Positions 28,778-38,429 of a DNA stretch of 64,000 nucleotides are shown here, piece after piece (the first letter of the stretch is position 1; every line of letters begins with the position of its first letter). Location of the stretch: assembly GCA_965243525.1 (NCBI GenBank), contig OZ251568.1:1632588-1696587 (forward strand), in the 5' to 3' direction. Under the pieces are notes generated by a model. That model did not search any database and was not told the origin of the DNA. It saw only the letters and a program-made list of their open reading frames with translations. The position numbers and the translations under genes were made by a program. Origin of the DNA: Spirochaetia bacterium. GTDB lineage: Bacteria; Spirochaetota; Spirochaetia; WTKD01.

Positions 28778-30262
28778 TCATTCATTGGTAATCGAAGTGC
28801 GGGCATTGGATGTTGATACCGAGGAAGCATGAGTTTTTGTTTCGTGCAGATATGTTTCTTGTAGCTCAAAAAACTGCTTTCGTATCTTAGCATGGGAAAT
28901 ACTTGGATCAAGCAAGTCGAGCATGGTCCTTCGTAGTGTTTGATAATATGTCTTATTTGGAGTAGACACACTTGATTGTGTATGAATAGAAAACACTTGT
29001 GGGATATTTGTCTTTCGAATCTGTTCATTTGAAGCGATCAGCTCTTCAGAAATTTTTTCTGAATCTGCGAGTCCAGTATAATTAAGTTGAATCGCATCGT
29101 GTACATGAGGAAAATAAAATTGCAGCAGCGCATCTACCATATCTTTAAGTTTCATCGGAGCACCCATATCAAACCCATAGATGGCATGATCCTTTCCATC
29201 GAACAAGAGACGCAAAATCAAGGATGCAGCCTCGGAAACCGACATATAATACCGTTCGGAATCCGGATCTGTTAACTGCAATGGTTGGGTCAGGGCATGG
29301 TTTTTGATAACTTCGGCAATACTTCCCCGTGATGAAAGTATGTTTCCAAACCGAACCACGGTCGCAGGAAGGGAGCCATGCAGGCTCAATGCTTCACCGA
29401 TCATCTTGGTCAGCCCATAGGTTGAATGAGGGTTTACTGCCTTGTCCGTTGAAACCTGTAAAATGCGTCCCACCGGATATTCTTGCAACACGTCGTAGAG
29501 GTTGATTAGGCCAACGACATTATTCGCAAACGCTGCATAGGCATGATCTTCCATCAACAAAACATGCTTGTGTGCAATGGTATTGATTACAAAATCTATT
29601 TGGAGTGCTGCAATTGTTTGTTTGAGAGCAGCCTTGTCTTGCAGATCAAGGATGACCGGTATGATGTTTGTATGTGGTGACAGCCCGTCCTTTTGCAATT
29701 GCTTGAGTTTTCTATAGATGCGTATAATACTTGTTTCTCCGTGTCCCATGAGATAAATCGTAGAGAAGGAGAGCCAGAGACATTGCAGAGCGAGTTCTTG
29801 CCCAAGACTGCCACCGGCACCGGCAATCAAAATATGTTTGGTCTCTGCCTCTTGTTTATGAGAATGTAGCTGCAAAGATTGGTATGAGCGACCAATAACA
29901 TCTTCCGGTTTGATCGGTCTTATATTATGCAGATATACTTCTCCTTCAATAATAGGCGTTGATCCTGGAATTATCTGTATTGAATCACAGTATTTTTTTC
30001 TCAAAAATCTGTACAATTGAGCGATTCTCGATTTTGAAACGCTTGGCATTGCTATGAGAACAGTATCGATTGTTTTAAACGTATAGCGGTTTAATGCAGT
30101 TTCAATGGGGCCTTGTACTACAGTCCCATGTGCAGTAGATCCTATTTTTTTTGGATCATCGTCATAACAGTATACCGTTTCAACGGTAGGGAAAAATTGA
30201 TCAATGCACGCCAAAATAGATTGGCCGGCTGAACCCATGCCAAGGATATGCAAAGACTTCAT
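28778..30262 (-). CDS. Polysaccharide biosynthesis protein, CapD/PglF-like NDP-sugar 4,6-dehydratase/epimerase, with about 150 aa extra C-terminal sequence.
   Basis: HILIAGAGGSLGQELALQ Rossmann motif, an N-terminal PglF-like domain and a short-chain dehydrogenase core. Confidence 0.75.
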   Translation of the reverse strand: MKSLHILGMGSAGQSILACIDQFFPTVETVYCYDDDPKKIGSTAHGTVVQGPIETALNRYTFKTIDTVLIAMPSVSKSRIAQLYRFLRKKYCDSIQIIPGSTPIIEGEVYLHNIRPIKPEDVIGRSYQSLQLHSHKQEAETKHILIAGAGGSLGQELALQCLWLSFSTIYLMGHGETSIIRIYRKLKQLQKDGLSPHTNIIPVILDLQDKAALKQTIAALQIDFVINTIAHKHVLLMEDHAYAAFANNVVGLINLYDVLQEYPVGRILQVSTDKAVNPHSTYGLTKMIGEALSLHGSLPATVVRFGNILSSRGSIAEVIKNHALTQPLQLTDPDSERYYMSVSEAASLILRLLFDGKDHAIYGFDMGAPMKLKDMVDALLQFYFPHVHDAIQLNYTGLADSEKISEELIASNEQIRKTNIPQVFSIHTQSSVSTPNKTYYQTLRRTMLDLLDPSISHAKIRKQFFELQETYLHETKTHASSVSTSNARTSITNE

Positions 30263-30348
30263 AAACCGAGTATAGACTGATTTGGATAGAAATGCACGAA
30301 AAAATGTAATTGTAACTTTAATCGTGCCGAAATTATATGTGAAAAGGT

Positions 30349-31728
30349 ATGAAATTGACCAGTGTATTAGTGCTATTATGTCTCGTTTCTATTGGAATTT
30401 TTGCACAGTCGTATACTACAATCGTAGCAAACGGAAGACAAAGCGATTTTCCTCAGCGAGGGTTTTTCGCTTATTCAAATGCATTTCCAGAGGGAACACG
30501 TTTAATTCTTCGAAATCCCGACACAAATGCAAAAACTACGGTGACTATTCTATCTCCAATAGGCTCCACTGGAGGAGCGATGCTTGTTTCTCCTGAGGCT
30601 GCCGTTACACTCGGCATTATTAGCCCTTCTATCATTCAAGTAGAGCAAGACGATACGAGTTCTGTTGCTGCTCTCGAAAGAGCGCTCGTTCAAAATCCTG
30701 ATCTAAATCCAGCACTCTCATTTCAAAATTCACTTCCTTCAGAAGAAGATCAGCCGATCACTGATCCTGAACCTCCTTCTGATGTTGAAGTTTCTGTTGA
30801 CACTGATCCCCCTCTTTCTGTTCCTGATGACATCGATCCTCCGCCTTCTGTTCCTGAAGATCCGATACTGCCACCAGAAGAAGAATCTTTGATAGCTGAA
30901 CTTCCCTCAGAAGGGTTTTTCGATGGGAACGAAAGTGATACTCCGGCGAATCTCCTCGCTCTTCCAGAAATTCCAGAAGAGGAAGAGCCTGAATTTAACA
31001 TTCAAGAATTAGGAAGTGAAGAGCAGGCGGAATTGTTTAGCCTTCCTCAACCACAACCTCTGGAGGATGATCTGTTGGCTGAGGTACCTGTAGTAGAAGA
31101 AATTATCGAAGAACCATCCCTACGGCCAGAGTTATTTGAAGAAAGCATACCTGATTTCGTGGAGTTACTCGAACCCACCCTAGAGGAGATTGTTCCTGAT
31201 ATTTTGGAAGCTGATGTATCTGATGAGGTCATCTTGGCTGCGGATTTAGAGTTGCCAGAAGAAGCCATCTTGGCTACAGATTTAGAATTGCCAGAAGAGC
31301 TCCCATTGGAAGATTCATTGCCAGAACCAGATTCAACTGATTTCATCTTGCCGCCAGAGGAACTTGCTGTGGCTCCAGATAGAGAAGAGCAAGAAGAGAT
31401 TTTTGATGATACTCCTGATAGTGTTCTGCCGGAAATTGATAATGTCGTTGTTGATGAGGAAGATTCTCCTCCTGATTCAATCGCGAGTTCTTCAACTATC
31501 GAAGTGGACGCAGACTATATCCAAGTAGGAGCATTCAGCGACCTTCTTTCTGCACAAGAAATACGTTCGTCGCTTTCTTCTCTGTACGATACTTCAATTG
31601 TAGACAAAGACAGCATCAAATTGGTTGTTGTCGGTCCAGTATTAGATGACGAAAAGGGTGTGTTGTTGTATACCTTGAGAAATATAGGATACCCAGACGC
31701 ATTTATTAAAAATGCATCTGAGTTTTAA
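30349..31728 (+). CDS. RlpA-like protein: signal peptide, DPBB (double-psi beta-barrel) domain, long acidic Pro/Glu-rich repetitive linker, C-terminal SPOR domain.
   Basis: AYSNAFPEGTRLILRNPDTNAKTTVTI...GAMLVSPEAAVTLGI resembles the RlpA DPBB. The linker holds repeats DPPLSVPDDIDPPPSVPEDPILPPEEE and ADLELPEEAILATDLELPEELPLED. The C-terminal ADYIQVGAFSDLLSAQEIRSSLS...KLVVVGPVLDDEKGVLLYTLRNIGYPDAFIK is a SPOR-like domain. Confidence 0.7.
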   Translation: MKLTSVLVLLCLVSIGIFAQSYTTIVANGRQSDFPQRGFFAYSNAFPEGTRLILRNPDTNAKTTVTILSPIGSTGGAMLVSPEAAVTLGIISPSIIQVEQDDTSSVAALERALVQNPDLNPALSFQNSLPSEEDQPITDPEPPSDVEVSVDTDPPLSVPDDIDPPPSVPEDPILPPEEESLIAELPSEGFFDGNESDTPANLLALPEIPEEEEPEFNIQELGSEEQAELFSLPQPQPLEDDLLAEVPVVEEIIEEPSLRPELFEESIPDFVELLEPTLEEIVPDILEADVSDEVILAADLELPEEAILATDLELPEELPLEDSLPEPDSTDFILPPEELAVAPDREEQEEIFDDTPDSVLPEIDNVVVDEEDSPPDSIASSSTIEVDADYIQVGAFSDLLSAQEIRSSLSSLYDTSIVDKDSIKLVVVGPVLDDEKGVLLYTLRNIGYPDAFIKNASEF

Positions 31729-31731
31729 ACC

Positions 31732-33621
31732 TTAGAAAAGACTTTCTATTTTATCTTTATATTTTTTCGCAATAACAAAACGTTTTAGCTTCATCGTTTT
31801 GCTCAACTCATCACCTGGTTTAAGCTCGTCGGTAATGATGTGAAATCGCGATATGAGTTCATAAGGATGAAATCCACTCTGGGTATTCACCAAGGAGTTC
31901 ACCACCTTGCTAAGCATTGCGAATACCTTTGCATCGGCACAGAGTTTTTCTGGTGATGCATGTGCTATGTTTTCTTCCTTTGCATATTCTGTGATGGCAT
32001 CCTTGTTTACAAATAACAGTGCAGCAAGTCTGTTTTTATCCTGTCCGACGACAAATGCACTGTCGATAAATTGAGAACTGCATAACACATCCTCGATGGG
32101 AGCAGGTTCAACGTTTTTCCCACTACTCAAAACGATTGTATCCTTGAGACGTCCAAGAATTTTAATATCTTTTTGATCAGTTTCTACGACGAGGTCGCCT
32201 GTTTTAAACCATCCATCATCTGAAAGAATCTTTTTAGTACTCTTTTCGTCTTTAAAATATCCACGCATCACCTGTTCGCTGTTGATAGCAAGCTCGCCCT
32301 GTTCACCGGGGCTGCAGGTTGTTCCATCCTTAGCAATTACTTTGTAAGCGACTTTTGGTATCACCTGTCCAACAGTCCCTCCTCTGTTTTTTTCAAGGGT
32401 GTTTATTGCCACAACAGGTGCTGTTTCAGTAAGCCCATATCCTTCGCAGAGAGTGATGCCTATGGCTTGAAAGAATGAAAACGTAATAGGATGCAGAGCT
32501 CCTGCACCGGAGACTCCCAATCGAAAACGTCCACCAAGTCTAGTTTTTAATTTTTTGAACACGAGGATTTTTCCCAGGCCATTAAAAGGCGCAAGAAGGA
32601 TCCTTCCTAACAAGGCTCCAAAACGTGTGATGATGTTTGGGGCGTTTTTTCCAATACGTGCGATTAAATCATACTGCACATTTCTCAGTCGAGCAGTAGC
32701 ATATCCAACTGAAAGAAAAAAGTGAAATAAGCCTCGCCGTATAGCAGATGAAGAGCGTACATTGCGCAACACCCCTAAGCGGATTGCTTCCCAAATACGT
32801 GGCACCGATGCCATGATTGTTGGTCTTACTTTTGCCATGTCCGCAACGAGTATTGCTGCAATTGGTTTTGAATAGGCAAGAGAAGCTAGGGCATGCGTGC
32901 CTAGAATATTAGCGATACGTTCGAAACTATGCCAGACCGGTAACACACATAAAACGGTGTCGACTTGTGTTATCAAGCCATACGTGGTCAAGATTTCAAG
33001 CTGAAACGTAAAGTTTCTGTGGGTAAGCATAACTCCGCGAGGCACTCCTGTTGTTCCTGAGGTATAAATCAGCGTTGAAAGGTCTTGTGGATTTCCCTCT
33101 GCGATCCTTTTGGCAAATGCATCGTCTGATAAGGTGCTAAGCTTTTTTACTTCATCAAGGTTGTATAATGTATGCTTTTTTGTTTTTTTGATGGATTCCT
33201 TTGTATTATCAGTGAATACAAAAACCATCCCCTCTGGTGCTTTCCCAGCAACCATATCGTATAATTTGGCATGTTCAAGGACGCAGAGTTTTGGTTCGGC
33301 GTGCCCAAGGACATAGGTCAATTCGTTTTTTGTGCTATCAGCACCGTTAGGAACATCGACAGCATTAATAGCACCAGCTGCTAAACAGATATGCAACCAA
33401 TCAGAGCGATTATCGCTGACATGCATGATGCGGTCTTGTGGTTCGACACCAAGGGCAATAAACCCTCCGGCAATGGACTGAATCGATTGCCACATCTGCC
33501 CAAACGTAATGGGGTGAAATGCTCCTTCAGCATCTTTTTCTAGCTGTGCAACAAGATCTTTGTTGCTCTCATGGCGAGCATACAACAATTGTGGAATAGT
33601 TAACGATTTAAATGAGGTCAT
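31732..33621 (-). CDS. Long-chain-fatty-acid--CoA ligase (AMP-dependent synthetase).
   Basis: AMP-binding motif YTSGTTGVPRGVMLTH and GYGLTET; 629 aa. Confidence 0.85.
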   Translation of the reverse strand: MTSFKSLTIPQLLYARHESNKDLVAQLEKDAEGAFHPITFGQMWQSIQSIAGGFIALGVEPQDRIMHVSDNRSDWLHICLAAGAINAVDVPNGADSTKNELTYVLGHAEPKLCVLEHAKLYDMVAGKAPEGMVFVFTDNTKESIKKTKKHTLYNLDEVKKLSTLSDDAFAKRIAEGNPQDLSTLIYTSGTTGVPRGVMLTHRNFTFQLEILTTYGLITQVDTVLCVLPVWHSFERIANILGTHALASLAYSKPIAAILVADMAKVRPTIMASVPRIWEAIRLGVLRNVRSSSAIRRGLFHFFLSVGYATARLRNVQYDLIARIGKNAPNIITRFGALLGRILLAPFNGLGKILVFKKLKTRLGGRFRLGVSGAGALHPITFSFFQAIGITLCEGYGLTETAPVVAINTLEKNRGGTVGQVIPKVAYKVIAKDGTTCSPGEQGELAINSEQVMRGYFKDEKSTKKILSDDGWFKTGDLVVETDQKDIKILGRLKDTIVLSSGKNVEPAPIEDVLCSSQFIDSAFVVGQDKNRLAALLFVNKDAITEYAKEENIAHASPEKLCADAKVFAMLSKVVNSLVNTQSGFHPYELISRFHIITDELKPGDELSKTMKLKRFVIAKKYKDKIESLF

Positions 33622-33623
33622 AG

Positions 33624-34058
33624 TTACTCCTTTCTACTGACTATACAAGTCCATTCGGCTTCAGCTGCAACGGCTTCATCAAGATAGCAAACACCTTTTT
33701 GCTTTATCATAGATGGGTTTTCAGGAAGTCGAATATTTTCAATAACAATCTTTACAGTATCACCTGGTCTGATCTGCTTTCTAAATTTTGCCTTTTCTAT
33801 GCCTGCAAGGAAGAACAGCATATCAGCGTTGTTTTCTAAGATGATTTTCATGCCAGCACCGCCGCACTGTGCCATTGTCTCAACCAGAATTACGCCAGGT
33901 ACAACGGGATAGCTTGGAAAATGACCTTTGAAGAAATATTCATCCTTTGTAAACGATTTATATCCAATGATACGTTCACGAGTTGCAGTCTCTATCGAAT
34001 CTACGAATAAAAAGGGATCCCTATGAGGTAAAAGTTCAGTCAGGTCAGCATAGTGCAT
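33624..34058 (-). CDS. fabZ: 3-hydroxyacyl-[ACP] dehydratase FabZ.
   Basis: LPHRDPFLFVDSI...HFPSYPVVPGVILVE hotdog-fold motifs. I chose the ATG at 34058 (MHYADL), which has an AAGGAG RBS; the track start at 34121 would add 21 aa. Confidence 0.85.
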   Translation of the reverse strand: MHYADLTELLPHRDPFLFVDSIETATRERIIGYKSFTKDEYFFKGHFPSYPVVPGVILVETMAQCGGAGMKIILENNADMLFFLAGIEKAKFRKQIRPGDTVKIVIENIRLPENPSMIKQKGVCYLDEAVAAEAEWTCIVSRKE

Positions 34059-34164
34059 ATGTACTCCTTTTTGCGATGTCTTATTATGCCTTGTTTGATA
34101 ATTCGATGCTAGCATATACAATCACAAGGGTATAAAATAATACTATTAGTTACGCGGAGGAATA

Positions 34165-34665
34165 ATGAAACTTGAACTGAAAGATATCACAAAACTAATG
34201 GATAATTTTGCGAATGCTCCAATTCACGAACTGATGTTAAAAAGTGGAGACACCGAGCTCTTGTTGAAGAAGGAAACAAGTCAACCGGCAGCACCTTCGA
34301 ATACGATAAGCTCTATTCCGCAAAAAGAGGCTCCGCCAATTGAGCAAGAAGATGCACCAGAACCGCAGATGTTAACAAAAGGGAAAAAGCAAAAACAATC
34401 AGGCCCAAGCACCAACACTGGACCGACAGAAGCGATCACCTCACCATTGGTGGGGACGTTTTATCGATCTCCTTCTCCGGATTCCCCGCCCTTTGCCTCA
34501 GAGGGAAGCATTATCAAAAAGGGAAAATCCTTAGCTATCATTGAAGCGATGAAAATTATGAACCATTTGGAAGCTGATTACGACATGGAAGTTGTTCGAA
34601 TATTTGCAGAGAATGGCGATCTCGTTGAATTTGGGGCAAAGTTATTTGAGGTTCGGCGCGTATGA
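34165..34665 (+). CDS. accB: Acetyl-CoA carboxylase biotin carboxyl carrier protein.
   Basis: C-terminal biotinyl domain with the EAMKIMN lysine motif and a Pro/Ala-rich linker. Confidence 0.9.
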   Translation: MKLELKDITKLMDNFANAPIHELMLKSGDTELLLKKETSQPAAPSNTISSIPQKEAPPIEQEDAPEPQMLTKGKKQKQSGPSTNTGPTEAITSPLVGTFYRSPSPDSPPFASEGSIIKKGKSLAIIEAMKIMNHLEADYDMEVVRIFAENGDLVEFGAKLFEVRRV

Positions 34666-35984
34666 TCTCTTCTTTGCTTATTGCAAATAGAGGAGAAATT
34701 GCGGTGCGTATTATCAGGACCTGTAAAGAGCTTGGCATCCGCAGTGTGCTTGCCTGTTCTGAGGCGGATAAAGATTCACTTGCGAGTCAACTCGCTGATC
34801 AGACAGTGTGTATTGGACCCTCTATTTCACAAAAGAGCTATTTAAATATGCAAGCAATTGTTTCGGCTGCCCTTGGTGCGCGATGTGAGGCAATACACCC
34901 AGGCATTGGATTCCTCAGTGAAAATGCAGAGTTTTCAGAGTTTGTCAGCAAGGCAGATCTTATATTTATTGGAGCTGCCTCAGAAACCATTGCCCTGCTT
35001 GGTGATAAGATTCAAGCAAAACTTGTTGCAGAAAAAAGTAAAATTCCCTTGGTTCCTGGTACCAAACAAGGATTGAAGGATATTGAAGAATGTGTTTCGG
35101 AAGCACAGCGTATTGGATTTCCTGTTATCCTTAAGGCTGCAGCCGGCGGTGGGGGAAAGGGAATGCGAATTGTTCGAAATCCGGATGAATTGCAGGGAAC
35201 TTTTGAAACTGCGCAACTTGAGGCGGAAAAAGCCTTTAACGATAACCGGATGTATATGGAGCGATACCTTGAAAATCCGCGGCATGTGGAGGTGCAGTTG
35301 ATTGCTGATGCGCACGGAAACGTTGTTCATCTTGGAGAGCGGGACTGTACAGTTCAAGAAAATCATCAAAAACTCCTCGAAGAGAGCCCAGCCCCGCAGA
35401 GCAATTCTGATATGCTTGAACGCATGTATGCTGATGCGGTGCGGTTGTTTCAGTCGATAGGCTATGTCGGAGCTGGAACGGTGGAGTTTTTGGTCGACGG
35501 TGATGAGTATTTCTTTATGGAGGTCAATGCACGATTGCAGGTTGAGCATCCCGTAAGTGAATTACGATCAGGCATCGATCTTGTGAAAATGCAATTGATG
35601 GTGCATACTGGTGAGCCATTACCGATTAGTCAGAAAGATATCCGCCTAGATGGGTATGCTTTGGAAACGCGCATCAATGCGCGGACTCCAGGGAAAGTGC
35701 AGTTTTTTCATGCCTCTGGAGGATTTGGTGTGCGAATAGATACCGCTTTGTATACGGGTTGTTTTGTTCCGCCGTTCTATGATTCACTTGTCGCAAAGGT
35801 GCTTTGTTATGGTAAATCGCGTGCAGAAGGTATCGATAGAATGTTGCGAACCCTTGGTGAGATGAAGATCGAGGGTATTCAAACGAATAAAGAAGAACAG
35901 ATGAGTATTATCAACAGCAAGAAGTTCAGGAGTGGCGTTTACAGCACAAAGTTTATTGATGAATTTAAGGAAGCAAAGCAGTGA
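34662..35984 (+). CDS. accC: Acetyl-CoA carboxylase biotin carboxylase subunit.
   Basis: ATP-grasp biotin carboxylase (MISSLLIANRGEIAVRIIRTCKELGI...). Overlaps accB by 4 nt. Confidence 0.92.
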   Translation: MISSLLIANRGEIAVRIIRTCKELGIRSVLACSEADKDSLASQLADQTVCIGPSISQKSYLNMQAIVSAALGARCEAIHPGIGFLSENAEFSEFVSKADLIFIGAASETIALLGDKIQAKLVAEKSKIPLVPGTKQGLKDIEECVSEAQRIGFPVILKAAAGGGGKGMRIVRNPDELQGTFETAQLEAEKAFNDNRMYMERYLENPRHVEVQLIADAHGNVVHLGERDCTVQENHQKLLEESPAPQSNSDMLERMYADAVRLFQSIGYVGAGTVEFLVDGDEYFFMEVNARLQVEHPVSELRSGIDLVKMQLMVHTGEPLPISQKDIRLDGYALETRINARTPGKVQFFHASGGFGVRIDTALYTGCFVPPFYDSLVAKVLCYGKSRAEGIDRMLRTLGEMKIEGIQTNKEEQMSIINSKKFRSGVYSTKFIDEFKEAKQ

Positions 35985-37756
35985 AACAGTTTCTTTCAAA
36001 GATTATCAAGGCATTTTCGATCTATCGGCCTGATTCTGGACAATCTATTGAAAGTGATGATCAGTTTTTTCTCAAGCAAAACCACCTTTGCCCTGACTGC
36101 AAGGAAACAGTGCATTACGAAGAACTCTGGAAAGAGCTTCTGGTCTGCCCACATTGTTCCTATCATTTTAGAATCAATGCGAAAGAACGCTTTCAGTTTT
36201 TGTTTGATAGAGAAGAGGGATATACCGAACTGTTTCAAGGACTACAACCTCTCAATCCAATTGATTTTCCCAACTATAGTCAGAAAGTCGAAAGCGCACA
36301 GATAAAATCTGGATTGCGTGAGGCTGCGAGCACTGCTATTGGAAAGATTGAGGGAAAGCGTGTCGTTGTCACGGCGATGTCCTTCCATTTTCTTGGTGGA
36401 AGTATGGGATCGGTTGTGGGAGAAAAGATTACGCGATCGATATTGCTTGCCGTGGAAGAAAAATTACCCTGTGTGCTTTTTTCAGCGAGCGGTGGTGCGC
36501 GCATGCATGAAGGAATCTTTTCATTGTTTCAAATGGCTAAGACATCCCATGCGATTACAATGCTGCACGATGCTAATCTTTCACTCATCGTTGTGCTCAC
36601 TGATCCAACAACCGGCGGAGTCACCGCTTCGTTTGCAATGCTTGGTGATGTAATCCTTGCTGAACCAAATGCTCTTATTGGATTTGCAGGTCCGCGAGTG
36701 ATTGAAGGCACGATCAGACAGAAACTCCCTCCAGGCTTTCAGCGATCAGAATTTTTGCAATCACATGGATTTGTTGATGTGGTTGTGGAGCGTAAACAAC
36801 TTCGCACGGTTTTGTCCAAGATATTGGATAGTACTGTAAAACGCACAAAAAAAATCCCCTCCAGTGCACAACGGGCACAACAACTTATTCAGAGCCCAAA
36901 CCTTCGAAGATCTTCGTGGGATACCGTCCAACTTGCACGCAACATCAATCGTCCAACATGTTTATCCTATCTAGAGATGATCTGCTCAGAATTTATCGAG
37001 TTTCACGGTGATCGTGTGTTTGGAGATGATAGGGCGCTCATTGGTGGAATTTGTGCTATTGAGGGAATTTGGTTTACGTTTTTGGGACATCAAAAGGGCA
37101 AAAACATGCGCGAAAACATCGAGCGTAACTATGGCATGCCCCATCCAGAAGGGTATCGAAAAGCTGTTCGCTTGATTAAGCAAGCAGAAAAATTTGATAG
37201 ACCTATTATTACGTTTGTTGACACTTCAGGAGCATATCCAGGCATCGCATCAGAAGAGCGAGGTATTTCAGCAGCCATTGCAGAGAGCATTCAGCTATTT
37301 TCTATTGCACAGGTGCCGATTATCACGATTATTATTGGTGAGGGTGGTTCTGGTGGTGCCTTGGGAATTGCCGTCTCAGATCGAACGTATATGCTCGAAA
37401 ATTCGATATATTCAGTTATTTCACCTGAGGGGTTTGCATCGATTTTGTTACGCGATCCTGCACGTTCTGAAGAGGCCGCTCAGCTCTTGCGCTTAACATC
37501 TCATGATCTGCTTCGATTTGGTCTCATTGATGGCATTGTTCCTGAACCAGAGGAAGGCGCACATGCCGATCCAGAACAAACTGCACAGAATATAAAATCA
37601 ACGATTCTCTTGGCAATTGATGATCTACAGAAAAAACGAACAGATACCTTGCTTCGTGAACGCTCTGAAAAACTTCTTTCCTATGGAAAGATCACGAACA
37701 CGGACGAATCCTCATCGAGTAGTTTTAAATGGTTCATCCAACGTCTGGGAAAATAG
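35981..37756 (+). CDS. Acetyl-CoA carboxylase carboxyltransferase, fused beta (AccD) and alpha (AccA) subunits.
   Basis: An N-terminal Cys4 zinc ribbon (CPDC...CPHC) and an AccD carboxyltransferase half are followed by an AccA-like half (GGSGGALGIAVSDR...); 591 aa. Confidence 0.85.
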   Translation: MKQFLSKIIKAFSIYRPDSGQSIESDDQFFLKQNHLCPDCKETVHYEELWKELLVCPHCSYHFRINAKERFQFLFDREEGYTELFQGLQPLNPIDFPNYSQKVESAQIKSGLREAASTAIGKIEGKRVVVTAMSFHFLGGSMGSVVGEKITRSILLAVEEKLPCVLFSASGGARMHEGIFSLFQMAKTSHAITMLHDANLSLIVVLTDPTTGGVTASFAMLGDVILAEPNALIGFAGPRVIEGTIRQKLPPGFQRSEFLQSHGFVDVVVERKQLRTVLSKILDSTVKRTKKIPSSAQRAQQLIQSPNLRRSSWDTVQLARNINRPTCLSYLEMICSEFIEFHGDRVFGDDRALIGGICAIEGIWFTFLGHQKGKNMRENIERNYGMPHPEGYRKAVRLIKQAEKFDRPIITFVDTSGAYPGIASEERGISAAIAESIQLFSIAQVPIITIIIGEGGSGGALGIAVSDRTYMLENSIYSVISPEGFASILLRDPARSEEAAQLLRLTSHDLLRFGLIDGIVPEPEEGAHADPEQTAQNIKSTILLAIDDLQKKRTDTLLRERSEKLLSYGKITNTDESSSSSFKWFIQRLGK

Positions 37757-37766
37757 ACGTACAGAT

Positions 37767-38363
37767 TTAGTTCATAGCCCGCCAGGTCGAGATTGCGTTT
37801 TTAATCGCGGAAATTATCTGTTGTTGACTCCAATCAAGTCCGCCAATGTGCTGGAATACGATGTTGCCATAGGGATCAATAAGAAACGTAGTTGGAATAC
37901 CGCGAACATTATTACTTACTGCAATTGTTCCAGATTCATCCAACAGATTTGAGAATGTGTATTCATTTTCATTGACAAATAATGCAACAGTCTTCATGTC
38001 TTCTTGCACGTAAACCATATGATAGATAAAAGCATCTTCTTCATTTAATCTATCACTAAGCACCTGGAGGGTGGGGAGTTCTTCGCGACAGGGAGGACAC
38101 CAAGTAGCTCCGAAGCTTATCAGCTGAAATGCATCGCTATATCGCTCTGATAATTGTTTTGATTTCCCCGCTACGGTTAAGAATTCACCATCGACAAAAC
38201 TGCCTGAATTTCTTGTGTTCATTCCAATATTTTTGAAGATACGCTTGAACTCACTGGTAAGAACCTTTGCAGGTTGTGTGGTTTCTTGTGCAATAACACT
38301 TTGAGCACAATAAATATAAAACAGAAGACAAATTGTTATAGTAATTTTTCGCATAGTAATCAT
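37767..38363 (-). CDS. TlpA/ResA-like periplasmic thiol-disulfide oxidoreductase (thioredoxin fold).
   Basis: Signal peptide and WCPPCREELP active site. Confidence 0.8.
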   Translation of the reverse strand: MITMRKITITICLLFYIYCAQSVIAQETTQPAKVLTSEFKRIFKNIGMNTRNSGSFVDGEFLTVAGKSKQLSERYSDAFQLISFGATWCPPCREELPTLQVLSDRLNEEDAFIYHMVYVQEDMKTVALFVNENEYTFSNLLDESGTIAVSNNVRGIPTTFLIDPYGNIVFQHIGGLDWSQQQIISAIKNAISTWRAMN

Positions 38364-38429
38364 CCTTTATCTTAGAAACATACCTCTAATATATATTTCA
38401 GATAGCTTATTTAAGCAATATTTGTGGTA

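Noticed and set aside
30750-31346. Two minus-strand Ser/Gly-rich ORFs (83 and 99 aa).
   Set aside because: They are mirror images of the acidic Pro/Glu-rich repetitive linker of the RlpA-like gene on the plus strand, an artefact of low complexity.
34980-35549. A 189-aa minus-strand ORF inside accC, and similar ORFs inside accD/accA (for example 36280..36504).
   Set aside because: They are antisense to highly conserved acetyl-CoA carboxylase genes and have no independent support.
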